From a virus: a DNA stretch of 33,527 nt. The translations under genes were made by a program, and so were the position numbers. Under the pieces are notes generated by a model. That model ran no database searches and was not told the DNA's origin. It saw nothing but the letters and a program-made list of their open reading frames with translations. The stretch lies in the IMG/VR virus record IMGVR_UViG_3300016480_000130. The stretch is one strand, 5' to 3'. Of this stretch, positions 13,168-20,485 are shown in pieces. Each line of letters opens with the position of its first letter. The stretch's first letter is position 1.

Positions 13168-14444
13168 AATTAAGAGATTATCAAGAAAGACTTTCAAGCG
13201 ATGCGGTAGAAATATTGCATCGTAAAAAGATAGTTTACTTAGCAATGGAAGTTCGCTGCGGTAAGACTGTAACAGCTTTAGAAACGTGTAAAAAATACAA
13301 AGCTAATAAAGTTCTATTTATAACAAAGAAAAAAGCCATTTCTTCAATTGAATCAGATTATATTAACTTTGGATATTCTTTTAAATTAGTGATCATAAAT
13401 GATGAATCGTTACACAAAATAACGGATACTGACTTTGATATTGTAATTCACGATGAACACCACCGTTTCGGAGCTTTTCCAAAACCAAATGCAACAGCTG
13501 TTTTATTTAAAAAGAACTTCGGACATTTACCAATGATTTTTTTGAGTGGTACACCAACACCTGAAAGCCATTCCCAATGGTACCACCAGTTTTGGGTATC
13601 TAATCACAGCCCTTTTAATGATTATAAAAACTTTTATAAATGGGCAAACGAATATGTAGACATCGTTCAAAAAAACTTAGGATATGCAAAAGTAAATGAT
13701 TACTCAAATGCACGTAAAAAAGACTTTTGGCATAGAATTAGATATTATATTATTTCTTTTACACAGCAGCAGGCTGGGTTTACTACTTCGGTTAATGAAA
13801 TGGTTTTAGAGTGTGAAATGAAGCCTATTACTTATGGTATAATACGCAAGTTGCATAAAGGTTTAGTCGTTAAAGGTAAGTCAGGGAAAGAAATAATAGC
13901 TGACACAGGAGTTAAATTGCAACAAAAAACGCATCAATTATTTAGCGGTACAATTAAATTTGAAGACGGTTCTTTTGCTATTATTGACAACTCAAAGGCT
14001 GAGTTTATAAAAGAAAAGTTCAAAGATTATAAAATTGGAATATTTTATAAATTTGTGGCTGAGTTAGAAATGCTAAAGCAAACATTTGGACAAAATTTGA
14101 CCACAGATTTAGATGAGTTTAATGCAACGGATAAAAATATAGCTTTGCAAATTCAAGCAGGCAGAGAAGGAATTAGTTTATCAAAAGCTGATAGCCTTGT
14201 ATTTATGAATATTGATTTTAGTGCTGTTAGTTATTTTCAGGCTAGAGATAGACTAACAACGATGCAAAGAAAAGAGAATACTATTTTTTGGGTTTTTGCC
14301 AAAAATGGTATAGAAGAAAAAATTTATAAAACAGTTCAATCAAAAACAGATTATACTAATGGCATCTTTAAAAAAGACTTTGGAATCAAAAATTCAATCC
14401 AAAATAATAAAGAAACTCGAAGCAAAAGGTTATTACGTAGTTAA
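13155..14444 (+). CDS. DEXH-box (SNF2/SF2-like) DNA helicase
   Basis: Walker A EVRCGKT, motif II VIHDEHHRF and motif III LSGTP, with C-terminal helicase-like motifs. Confidence 0.75.
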   Translation: MDTMKLRDYQERLSSDAVEILHRKKIVYLAMEVRCGKTVTALETCKKYKANKVLFITKKKAISSIESDYINFGYSFKLVIINDESLHKITDTDFDIVIHDEHHRFGAFPKPNATAVLFKKNFGHLPMIFLSGTPTPESHSQWYHQFWVSNHSPFNDYKNFYKWANEYVDIVQKNLGYAKVNDYSNARKKDFWHRIRYYIISFTQQQAGFTTSVNEMVLECEMKPITYGIIRKLHKGLVVKGKSGKEIIADTGVKLQQKTHQLFSGTIKFEDGSFAIIDNSKAEFIKEKFKDYKIGIFYKFVAELEMLKQTFGQNLTTDLDEFNATDKNIALQIQAGREGISLSKADSLVFMNIDFSAVSYFQARDRLTTMQRKENTIFWVFAKNGIEEKIYKTVQSKTDYTNGIFKKDFGIKNSIQNNKETRSKRLLRS

Positions 14445-14676
14445 ATTAATAAAAACAAATAAAAATGGTGTTTGTGATTTAATTGCTGTTAAAGAAAATG
14501 AAACTATATTCATAGAAGTAAAAAGACCAAACGGCATATTAAGTGAGTTGCAGAAAGTTAGAATTAATGAGTTAAGAAGTAGAAATATAAATGTTAAAAT
14601 ATGGCAAGATTACGACCAGGAGTTTCAAGAATCGAAAACGGATTTGAAATCCCAACAGGAGCATTTGAATTTTTAA
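14359..14676 (+). CDS. VRR-NUC domain nuclease
   Basis: GVCDLIAV....IFIEVKRPNG.LSELQ matches the PD-(D/E)XK core of VRR-NUC. It overlaps the helicase 3' end by 86 nt. Confidence 0.7.
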   Translation: MASLKKTLESKIQSKIIKKLEAKGYYVVKLIKTNKNGVCDLIAVKENETIFIEVKRPNGILSELQKVRINELRSRNINVKIWQDYDQEFQESKTDLKSQQEHLNF

Positions 14677-14813
14677 GCAAGTCAGGACGAAAATGTTATC
14701 TCTCAGGAGTTAAAAAAATAAATAACAACTTTGTAGCTGTTATAAGATATATAGATGATGGTACTTTTGTTGAAGTTGATTATAAAAAAATCGAAAATAA
14801 ACTTCCTGTTTAA
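14601..14813 (+). CDS. hypothetical protein (70 aa)
   Basis: The ORF has only one possible ATG and overlaps the VRR-NUC 3' end by 76 nt. Confidence 0.4.
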   Translation: MARLRPGVSRIENGFEIPTGAFEFLSKSGRKCYLSGVKKINNNFVAVIRYIDDGTFVEVDYKKIENKLPV

Positions 14814-14821
14814 TTTTTTTA

Positions 14822-14829
14822 TATATTTG
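14822..14829 (+). promoter_or_regulatory. Bacteroidota-type -7 promoter box TATATTTG
   Basis: Exact TAnnTTTG match in the 124-nt gap before the sigma-factor gene. It is followed by a leader with AACGTT (14885-14890) and the hairpin CCGCTT/AAGCGG (14906-14911/14925-14930). Confidence 0.45.
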
Positions 14830-14937
14830 TATCAATAACTTTTTTGGATTGAGGTGTCCTCGGTCGGAGTTAGTTAAAAACTAAAACGTTCTTAAAATAT
14901 TTTTTCCGCTTTTTTGTTAGTTTTAAGCGGTTCTTTT

Positions 14938-15429
14938 ATGCTAGAAAGATTATATAAATACCATAATGAATTAATTGATTTAGCTGTTGTTTTTAGCAAG
15001 AAATATGCTGAGGATATAATTCAGGACGTTTATATAAAATTAAGCCTTTACGCTAAAGAAGATAAACTATTTATAAATGATAAACTAAACAAGCATTATT
15101 TATTTATAATTATAAGAAATGTTTATATTACAAATTATCATAAAAAAAACCATACTGAAGATATAACCAATTTTGAAATTGAGTACAATGATTTTAATGA
15201 ATTAGAAGAGATAGACTGGTTTAACTTTATGACTAAATGCAAAGCTGAGGTAGATAGCTGGGATATTTACGATAAAAAATTATTTAGCCTTTATAGAGAT
15301 TCAGGAATGAGTATGCAACAAATTTCAAACGAAACTAAAATAAGTAAAACTAGTATATTTCATTCATTAAAAGAACATAAAAGTAAATTAAAACAATTAT
15401 TTCAAAAAGATTATAATGACATTAGATAA
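14938..15429 (+). CDS. ECF-like sigma-70 family RNA polymerase sigma factor
   Basis: Taken from the first ATG; the track start at 14914 is TTG. Region 2-like AEDIIQDVYIKL and YLFIIIRNVYITNYHKK. Region 4-like HTH SGMSMQQISNETKISKTSIFHSLKEHKSKL. Confidence 0.6.
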   Translation: MLERLYKYHNELIDLAVVFSKKYAEDIIQDVYIKLSLYAKEDKLFINDKLNKHYLFIIIRNVYITNYHKKNHTEDITNFEIEYNDFNELEEIDWFNFMTKCKAEVDSWDIYDKKLFSLYRDSGMSMQQISNETKISKTSIFHSLKEHKSKLKQLFQKDYNDIR

Positions 15430-15661
15430 TTTAATTAATTACGCTAAATTTTACCCGACTATTGATTGGATGACTTTAAGCAAATTTGAAATAAAAGAAA
15501 CTTTAAAAAATGATGAGTTTAATTTCATTAAAAATGTAAATAACGCTTTGAACTTATTACGAATTAAAGAAAAAATAACACCAGAAGATAAAGAATATTA
15601 TAATAATTTTATAAAATTATGGCAAGAGGAAGAAAGCCAAAAGGACTTGGCGATACAATAG
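15416..15661 (+). CDS. hypothetical protein (81 aa)
   Basis: ORF overlapping its neighbours at both ends. Confidence 0.5.
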   Translation: MTLDNLINYAKFYPTIDWMTLSKFEIKETLKNDEFNFIKNVNNALNLLRIKEKITPEDKEYYNNFIKLWQEEESQKDLAIQ

Positions 15662-15996
15662 AACAAATTACAACTGCAACAGGTATTAAAGCTGTAGTAG
15701 AAAAAGTATCTGAGTTAACTGGCATTGACTGCGGATGCGAAGAACGTAGAGAAAAACTTAACGCTCTTTGGTCTTATCGACAACCAAAATGTTTGTCAGA
15801 AACTTCAATCGAATGGTTAAATAGCTTTTTAAAGAACAAACCTGAACAACTGACAATTATACTTCAAAATAAATTAAAATCAATTTACAAAGAAGTATTT
15901 GATATTGATTTTGCTTCAACTAATTGCGCATCTTGTTGGCGTGATATGATTAGAGAGATTGAACGTGTTTATGAAGTGCAAATAAATGAAAATTAG
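15619..15996 (+). CDS. hypothetical protein with a four-Cys motif
   Basis: 125 aa with C-G-C ... C-x2-C (GIDCGCEE, NCASCW) and a basic N-terminus, MARGRKPKG. Confidence 0.5.
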   Translation: MARGRKPKGLGDTIEQITTATGIKAVVEKVSELTGIDCGCEERREKLNALWSYRQPKCLSETSIEWLNSFLKNKPEQLTIILQNKLKSIYKEVFDIDFASTNCASCWRDMIREIERVYEVQINEN

Positions 15997-16016
15997 ATAA
16001 CTTATTTTTACTGATT

Positions 16017-16310
16017 ATGACTGATAAAAGAAAAAACAATAAAGGAACTATTGGCAATAAAGGTGGTCGACCATCTGTAAAAGATGAGTTAAGAGGCGTT
16101 GCTTTAGCAAGCCCACACGTTGAACAATCATTTGCTGTTTTAGCTTCTATTATGATTAATAGCGATGAAAAATCACGTGATAGAATTGCAGCGGCTAAAT
16201 TATTAATTGAATATGGGTGTGGTAAACCAAAAGAAACAATAGAACAAACGCATAATATTAACGATTTTAATATTAAAGAATTGTTTAAGTTTGATAACGA
16301 TAAAAAATAA
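16017..16310 (+). CDS. terS: terminase small subunit candidate
   Basis: 97 aa with a basic N-terminus containing GNKGGRPS. It is immediately upstream of the large terminase and overlaps it. Confidence 0.5.
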   Translation: MTDKRKNNKGTIGNKGGRPSVKDELRGVALASPHVEQSFAVLASIMINSDEKSRDRIAAAKLLIEYGCGKPKETIEQTHNINDFNIKELFKFDNDKK

Positions 16311-17493
16311 ATACAAACCTTTAGGAAGTGATAGTCGTTACTTTGTAATTACAGGTGGTCGGGGAAGTGGAAAATCATACTCGATTAACCTGTTTTTACT
16401 TTTTCTTACTTATGAAGTCGGACACGTTATTTTATTTACTCGTTATACATTAACATCTGCACACGTTTCAATCATCCCAGAATTTATAGATAAGATTGAA
16501 ACATTAGGCTTGCATAATGATTTTTATATTACTAAAGATGAGATCATAAATAAAAAAACAAGCTCTAAGATTTTATTCAAGGGAATTAAAACAAGTTCAG
16601 GAACTCAAACAGCTAACTTAAAATCTTTAGCGGGTGTAACCACTTGGGTGTTAGATGAAGCCGAAGAGCTAACTGATGAAGATACCTTTGACAAAATTGA
16701 TTTTTCTATACGTTCTCAAACAAAACAAAACAGAATAATATTAGTACTTAACCCATCTACAAAAGAACATTTCATTTACAAACGTTTCTTTGAGTCAAAA
16801 GGTGTTAAAGATGGCAGTAATATCACTAAGTTAGATACTACTTATATTCATACTACTTACCTTGATAATTACGAAAACTTATCTCAATCTTTTATACTTC
16901 AAATTGAAGATATGAAAGTTAGAAGACCTCAAAAATTTAAACATCAAATTTTAGGAGGATGGCTTGATAAAGCAGAGGGTGTTGTATTTAATAACTGGTC
17001 TTTTGGTAAATTTAATCCAAATGAATTACCAACCTCTTTTGGTTTAGATTTTGGTTTTAGTGTTGACCCTGATACGCTTATTGAAGTTGCTATTGATACC
17101 AAACATAAAAAGATTTACGTTAAAGAACATTTATATCAAAATGGTTTAAGAATGGAACAGTTAGCCACTATTTGCAAAAATATAACTGCGGATAAATTAA
17201 TTATTGCAGATAGCGCTGAAGATAGATTGATAGTTGATTTAAAACATAAAGGTTTAAACATTGAGCCAATTAAAAAGGGAACTATTGAAAGCGGTATAAC
17301 AATGATGTTAGACTTCGATATTATTGTAGAAGAAAATAGTTCAAACATAGCAAAGGAATTTAACAACTATGCTTATTTAAACAAAGGTAGTAAATTATAT
17401 ATAGATGCTTTTAACCATGCAATAGACGCTATTAGATATAATGTAACGTATCATTTAGACAATCCAAACAAAGGGAATTATTATGTCTACTAA
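16291..17493 (+). CDS. terL: terminase large subunit (PBSX/Terminase_3-like)
   Basis: Walker A ITGGRGSGKS and Walker B VLDEAEEL, with a C-terminal nuclease-like region. There is no ATG between the upstream in-frame stop (16240-16242) and Walker A, so the TTG at 16291 is the best start. Confidence 0.85.
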   Translation: MITIKNKYKPLGSDSRYFVITGGRGSGKSYSINLFLLFLTYEVGHVILFTRYTLTSAHVSIIPEFIDKIETLGLHNDFYITKDEIINKKTSSKILFKGIKTSSGTQTANLKSLAGVTTWVLDEAEELTDEDTFDKIDFSIRSQTKQNRIILVLNPSTKEHFIYKRFFESKGVKDGSNITKLDTTYIHTTYLDNYENLSQSFILQIEDMKVRRPQKFKHQILGGWLDKAEGVVFNNWSFGKFNPNELPTSFGLDFGFSVDPDTLIEVAIDTKHKKIYVKEHLYQNGLRMEQLATICKNITADKLIIADSAEDRLIVDLKHKGLNIEPIKKGTIESGITMMLDFDIIVEENSSNIAKEFNNYAYLNKGSKLYIDAFNHAIDAIRYNVTYHLDNPNKGNYYVY

Positions 17494-17647
17494 CCCAACA
17501 TATGGACAAATGATTTCTGTTGTAGAAATATATATATTAAAAAAAACAGGTAAAGAAGTAAAAATAAATTTACCTAGAAATGTTGGCGAAATTAAAAAAC
17601 TTATTCACGCATATAAAATAGCACTTAATACAAAAATCAACTTTTAA
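17483..17647 (+). CDS. hypothetical small protein (54 aa, MSTNPTYGQMISVVEIYILKK...)
   Basis: Not in the ORF track. The ATG overlaps the terL 3' end and the ORF fills the 166-nt gap before 17660. Confidence 0.4.
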   Translation: MSTNPTYGQMISVVEIYILKKTGKEVKINLPRNVGEIKKLIHAYKIALNTKINF

Positions 17648-17659
17648 TGTTTTTAATAT

Positions 17660-17848
17660 ATGAAGATAGATAATAAATTTAATTTAGAAGAGGTTGTGTT
17701 TTTAATAACAGATACAGACCAATACGCAAGAATAATAACAGGTATTCAAGTTTATAAAAACGGATTGCTTTACAGGCTTGCTTGTGGTACTACTGATAGT
17801 TGGCATTATGAATATGAAATAGCTTCTAATAAAAATTATACAATATGA
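17660..17848 (+). CDS. hypothetical protein (62 aa)
   Basis: ORF with an ATGA overlap with the next gene. Confidence 0.5.
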   Translation: MKIDNKFNLEEVVFLITDTDQYARIITGIQVYKNGLLYRLACGTTDSWHYEYEIASNKNYTI

Positions 17849-18507
17849 AGATAGATATACAAATTCCTGAATCACTAAACGAAGTTACTTTATACCAATA
17901 TCAACGTTTTGATAAATTGGTAAAAGAAAATAAACCTAGTGATTTTGTGAATCAAAAAACAATTGAAATATTTTGCAAGCTTGAATTAAAAGACGTTGCA
18001 CGAATAAAATTAGTTGATGTATCGGAAATATTAGCACACTTAAATAAAATACTGAACCAAAAGCCACAATTTAAGCAAACGTTTAAACTTGGTAAATACG
18101 AGTTTGGTTTTATACCAAATTTAGAAGAGATTACAAGCGGTGAGTTTATAGACTGTGAGGAATATTTAAAAGATACTGATACATTACACAAAGCAATGGC
18201 TGTGTTGTTCAGACCAATAACTAAAAAATACAAAGATTATTACGACATTGAGCCTTACGAAACTGCTGAAAAATATTCTGAGGTCTTAAAATATATGCCT
18301 TTGGATATTGCACTTGGTACAATGGTTTTTTTTTACGATTTAATGAACGACTCATTGAAAGGTTTGAAGGACTATATACTCAATCAAGCGGAGCAATCGG
18401 AAGCTATACAGAAGCATTTGGCAAAAAGTGGGGTTGGTATCAATCAATTTACGCAGCAGCTGGAGGAGATATTCTCAAATTTGACAGCATTACAGCATTA
18501 CCAATAA
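17845..18507 (+). CDS. hypothetical virion-assembly protein, possibly tail assembly chaperone-like
   Basis: It heads the tail-gene block. It contains a T9 run, and the -1 frame is open for about 100 codons (see findings). Confidence 0.35.
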   Translation: MKIDIQIPESLNEVTLYQYQRFDKLVKENKPSDFVNQKTIEIFCKLELKDVARIKLVDVSEILAHLNKILNQKPQFKQTFKLGKYEFGFIPNLEEITSGEFIDCEEYLKDTDTLHKAMAVLFRPITKKYKDYYDIEPYETAEKYSEVLKYMPLDIALGTMVFFYDLMNDSLKGLKDYILNQAEQSEAIQKHLAKSGVGINQFTQQLEEIFSNLTALQHYQ

Positions 18508-18576
18508 AAAAATTAATGACTTGGTTATTATTTGAAAAAGAGAAAATAGAACTAGAAAATAAAATGTTAAAAAATA

Positions 18577-19002
18577 ATGGTATATAACTTAATAAATACT
18601 ATCAAAGAAGCCTTATTACAAGAGCCTTTTGTTAACACAGTTACAGAGGGTGATATTTTTTCTATTGATTTAGCTAAAAGAACATTATTCCCTTTGTCGC
18701 ATATTATGATCAATAACGCAACACATCAAGGTAGTACAATTCAATTTAATATAAGTATTATTATGATGGACTTGCTCAACCAAAAAGAACAAGATAATAA
18801 GCAAGACATTTGGAATACTCAATTAGCATTAGGTGTAAGATTGATGGATAGATTAAATAGAGGTGATTTAAGAAACGATAATTACGAGTTGACAGGTAAT
18901 CCAACTTTTGAGCCATTCACAGAAAGATTTGAAAACGATTTAGCAGGATGGGCTTTGACATTTGATGTACTCGTTAGAAATGATATGACTATATGCGACT
19001 AA
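18577..19002 (+). CDS. head-tail joining / tail terminator-like protein
   Basis: 141 aa. The call rests on its position next to the gp10-like gene. Weak resemblance to DUF3168-type tail terminators. Confidence 0.3.
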   Translation: MVYNLINTIKEALLQEPFVNTVTEGDIFSIDLAKRTLFPLSHIMINNATHQGSTIQFNISIIMMDLLNQKEQDNKQDIWNTQLALGVRLMDRLNRGDLRNDNYELTGNPTFEPFTERFENDLAGWALTFDVLVRNDMTICD

Positions 19003-19505
19003 ATCAAAAAGAAACAGAGAGATATTTAAACAGCTTTGCGAAGTATGTAATTCAGCAAATTAGAAGTAATTTAACCAGACAAAATAAAAACGTAGATAAA
19101 AAGTTATATAATAGTTTAGATAAAGAAATTGAAGTAGGTGCAAATAGTTTTCGATTATCTTTTTTGATGGAGAATTACGGGGAGTTTCAAGATAAAGGTG
19201 TTAGCGGAGTAAAAAAGAAATACGATACACCGTACAGCTTTAAAACTAAAAAGCCACCTTTTAAACCAATTCAAGAATGGGTAAAAAAAAGAAGGTTTCA
19301 ATTTAGAGATAAAAAGAGCGGTAAATTTATGAGTTACAACTCCACAGCGTTTTTAGTTGTTCAAGGAATTTTTAACAATGGAATTAAACCGAGTTTATTT
19401 TTTACAAAGCCTTTTCAAAGTGCTTTTAATAAAATGCCAGATGAATTGATTGAGGCTTATGGTTTAGACGTAGAAGAATTTTTAAAATATACATTAAAGA
19501 AATGA
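18993..19505 (+). CDS. HK97 gp10-like head-tail connector component
   Basis: The N-terminal helix followed by ENYGEFQDKGVSG resembles the YG.f.E.G core of the HK97 gp10 family. Confidence 0.4.
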   Translation: MRLNQKETERYLNSFAKYVIQQIRSNLTRQNKNVDKKLYNSLDKEIEVGANSFRLSFLMENYGEFQDKGVSGVKKKYDTPYSFKTKKPPFKPIQEWVKKRRFQFRDKKSGKFMSYNSTAFLVVQGIFNNGIKPSLFFTKPFQSAFNKMPDELIEAYGLDVEEFLKYTLKK

Positions 19506-20485
19506 AAAAAATATTTGTTAGAAGTCCTTATTTTGTTGAAGTTGATGAGCCAGCACAATCAATTGTTAGGTTAGAAATTAAACTTTGGCACAAAGGTCAA
19601 TCAATACCTAGTCAACCTAAATATATAATTACAGAAAAAGTCCCAAGCGCAAGCCAAAATAAAATTAGTATTAATGTATCAAATTACGCAAAAGATTTTA
19701 TAAAGCCTATTGCGCCAACAGTTGTAACATCACCAACTGAAGAAAATGTATCAACGTGGTGTTTTATGGAGGTTAAGCCTTTTTCAGACGGTGTAGAACT
19801 GCAAAAATATACTTTTGTATGTTTAAATGGTTATGTTAATTATATGGGAGGGTATAATCAAGGTATAGATAATGAAACAATTGAATTATTTAACAGTAAT
19901 ATAAAAATATATCAAAATCAAATTAACTATTTAAATGTTTTTGTTGAAACATCACCAATAATAAATTATAATGAAAATGAATATGATATAGATTGTCCAA
20001 CTTTAATAAAATTACCATTAAAAGAAAATGTAAATTATTATTCTGATAATTCAGGTTATTCTTTTGAAGTTATCGCAGAAGAACTTTGCGAGCCTAAATA
20101 TACGCCTATCACTTGCACGTTTATTAATCGTTATGGAGGTTGGCAGTTCTTAACATTTTTCAAAGCAAATACCCAAAGCATCGAGGTAAAATCAAAAGAC
20201 TTTAAAATGATGCCTAACGCAGTTGATTACAATCCGCTACAAGGGCAAACTAAACGTTTTAATTTTCAAGGTACGCAAAAGATTAAATGCAATACAGGTT
20301 GGGTTGATGAAAATTACAGCGAGTTAATACAAGATTTATTACTGAGTGAAGTTGTACTTTTAGACAATAAGCCAGCTATTGTTAAAAGTCAAAGCTTTGA
20401 TATTAAAACGCACTTAAAAGATAAAAATATTAATTACGAAATTGAGTTCGAGTACAATTACGCACTTATAAACGATGTTATTTAA
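19502..20485 (+). CDS. tail structural protein (possibly distal tail/baseplate)
   Basis: 327 aa, translationally coupled to its neighbours within the tail block. No specific motif recognised. Confidence 0.35.
   Translation: MKKIFVRSPYFVEVDEPAQSIVRLEIKLWHKGQSIPSQPKYIITEKVPSASQNKISINVSNYAKDFIKPIAPTVVTSPTEENVSTWCFMEVKPFSDGVELQKYTFVCLNGYVNYMGGYNQGIDNETIELFNSNIKIYQNQINYLNVFVETSPIINYNENEYDIDCPTLIKLPLKENVNYYSDNSGYSFEVIAEELCEPKYTPITCTFINRYGGWQFLTFFKANTQSIEVKSKDFKMMPNAVDYNPLQGQTKRFNFQGTQKIKCNTGWVDENYSELIQDLLLSEVVLLDNKPAIVKSQSFDIKTHLKDKNINYEIEFEYNYALINDVI

Noticed and set aside
12701-13245. 138-aa alternative-frame ORF (12701-13117, +) and 105-aa antisense ORF (12928-13245, -)
   Set aside because: Both lie within the purine-rich, stop-poor coiled-coil-encoding part of 12223-13167. 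Their open frames are a composition artefact.
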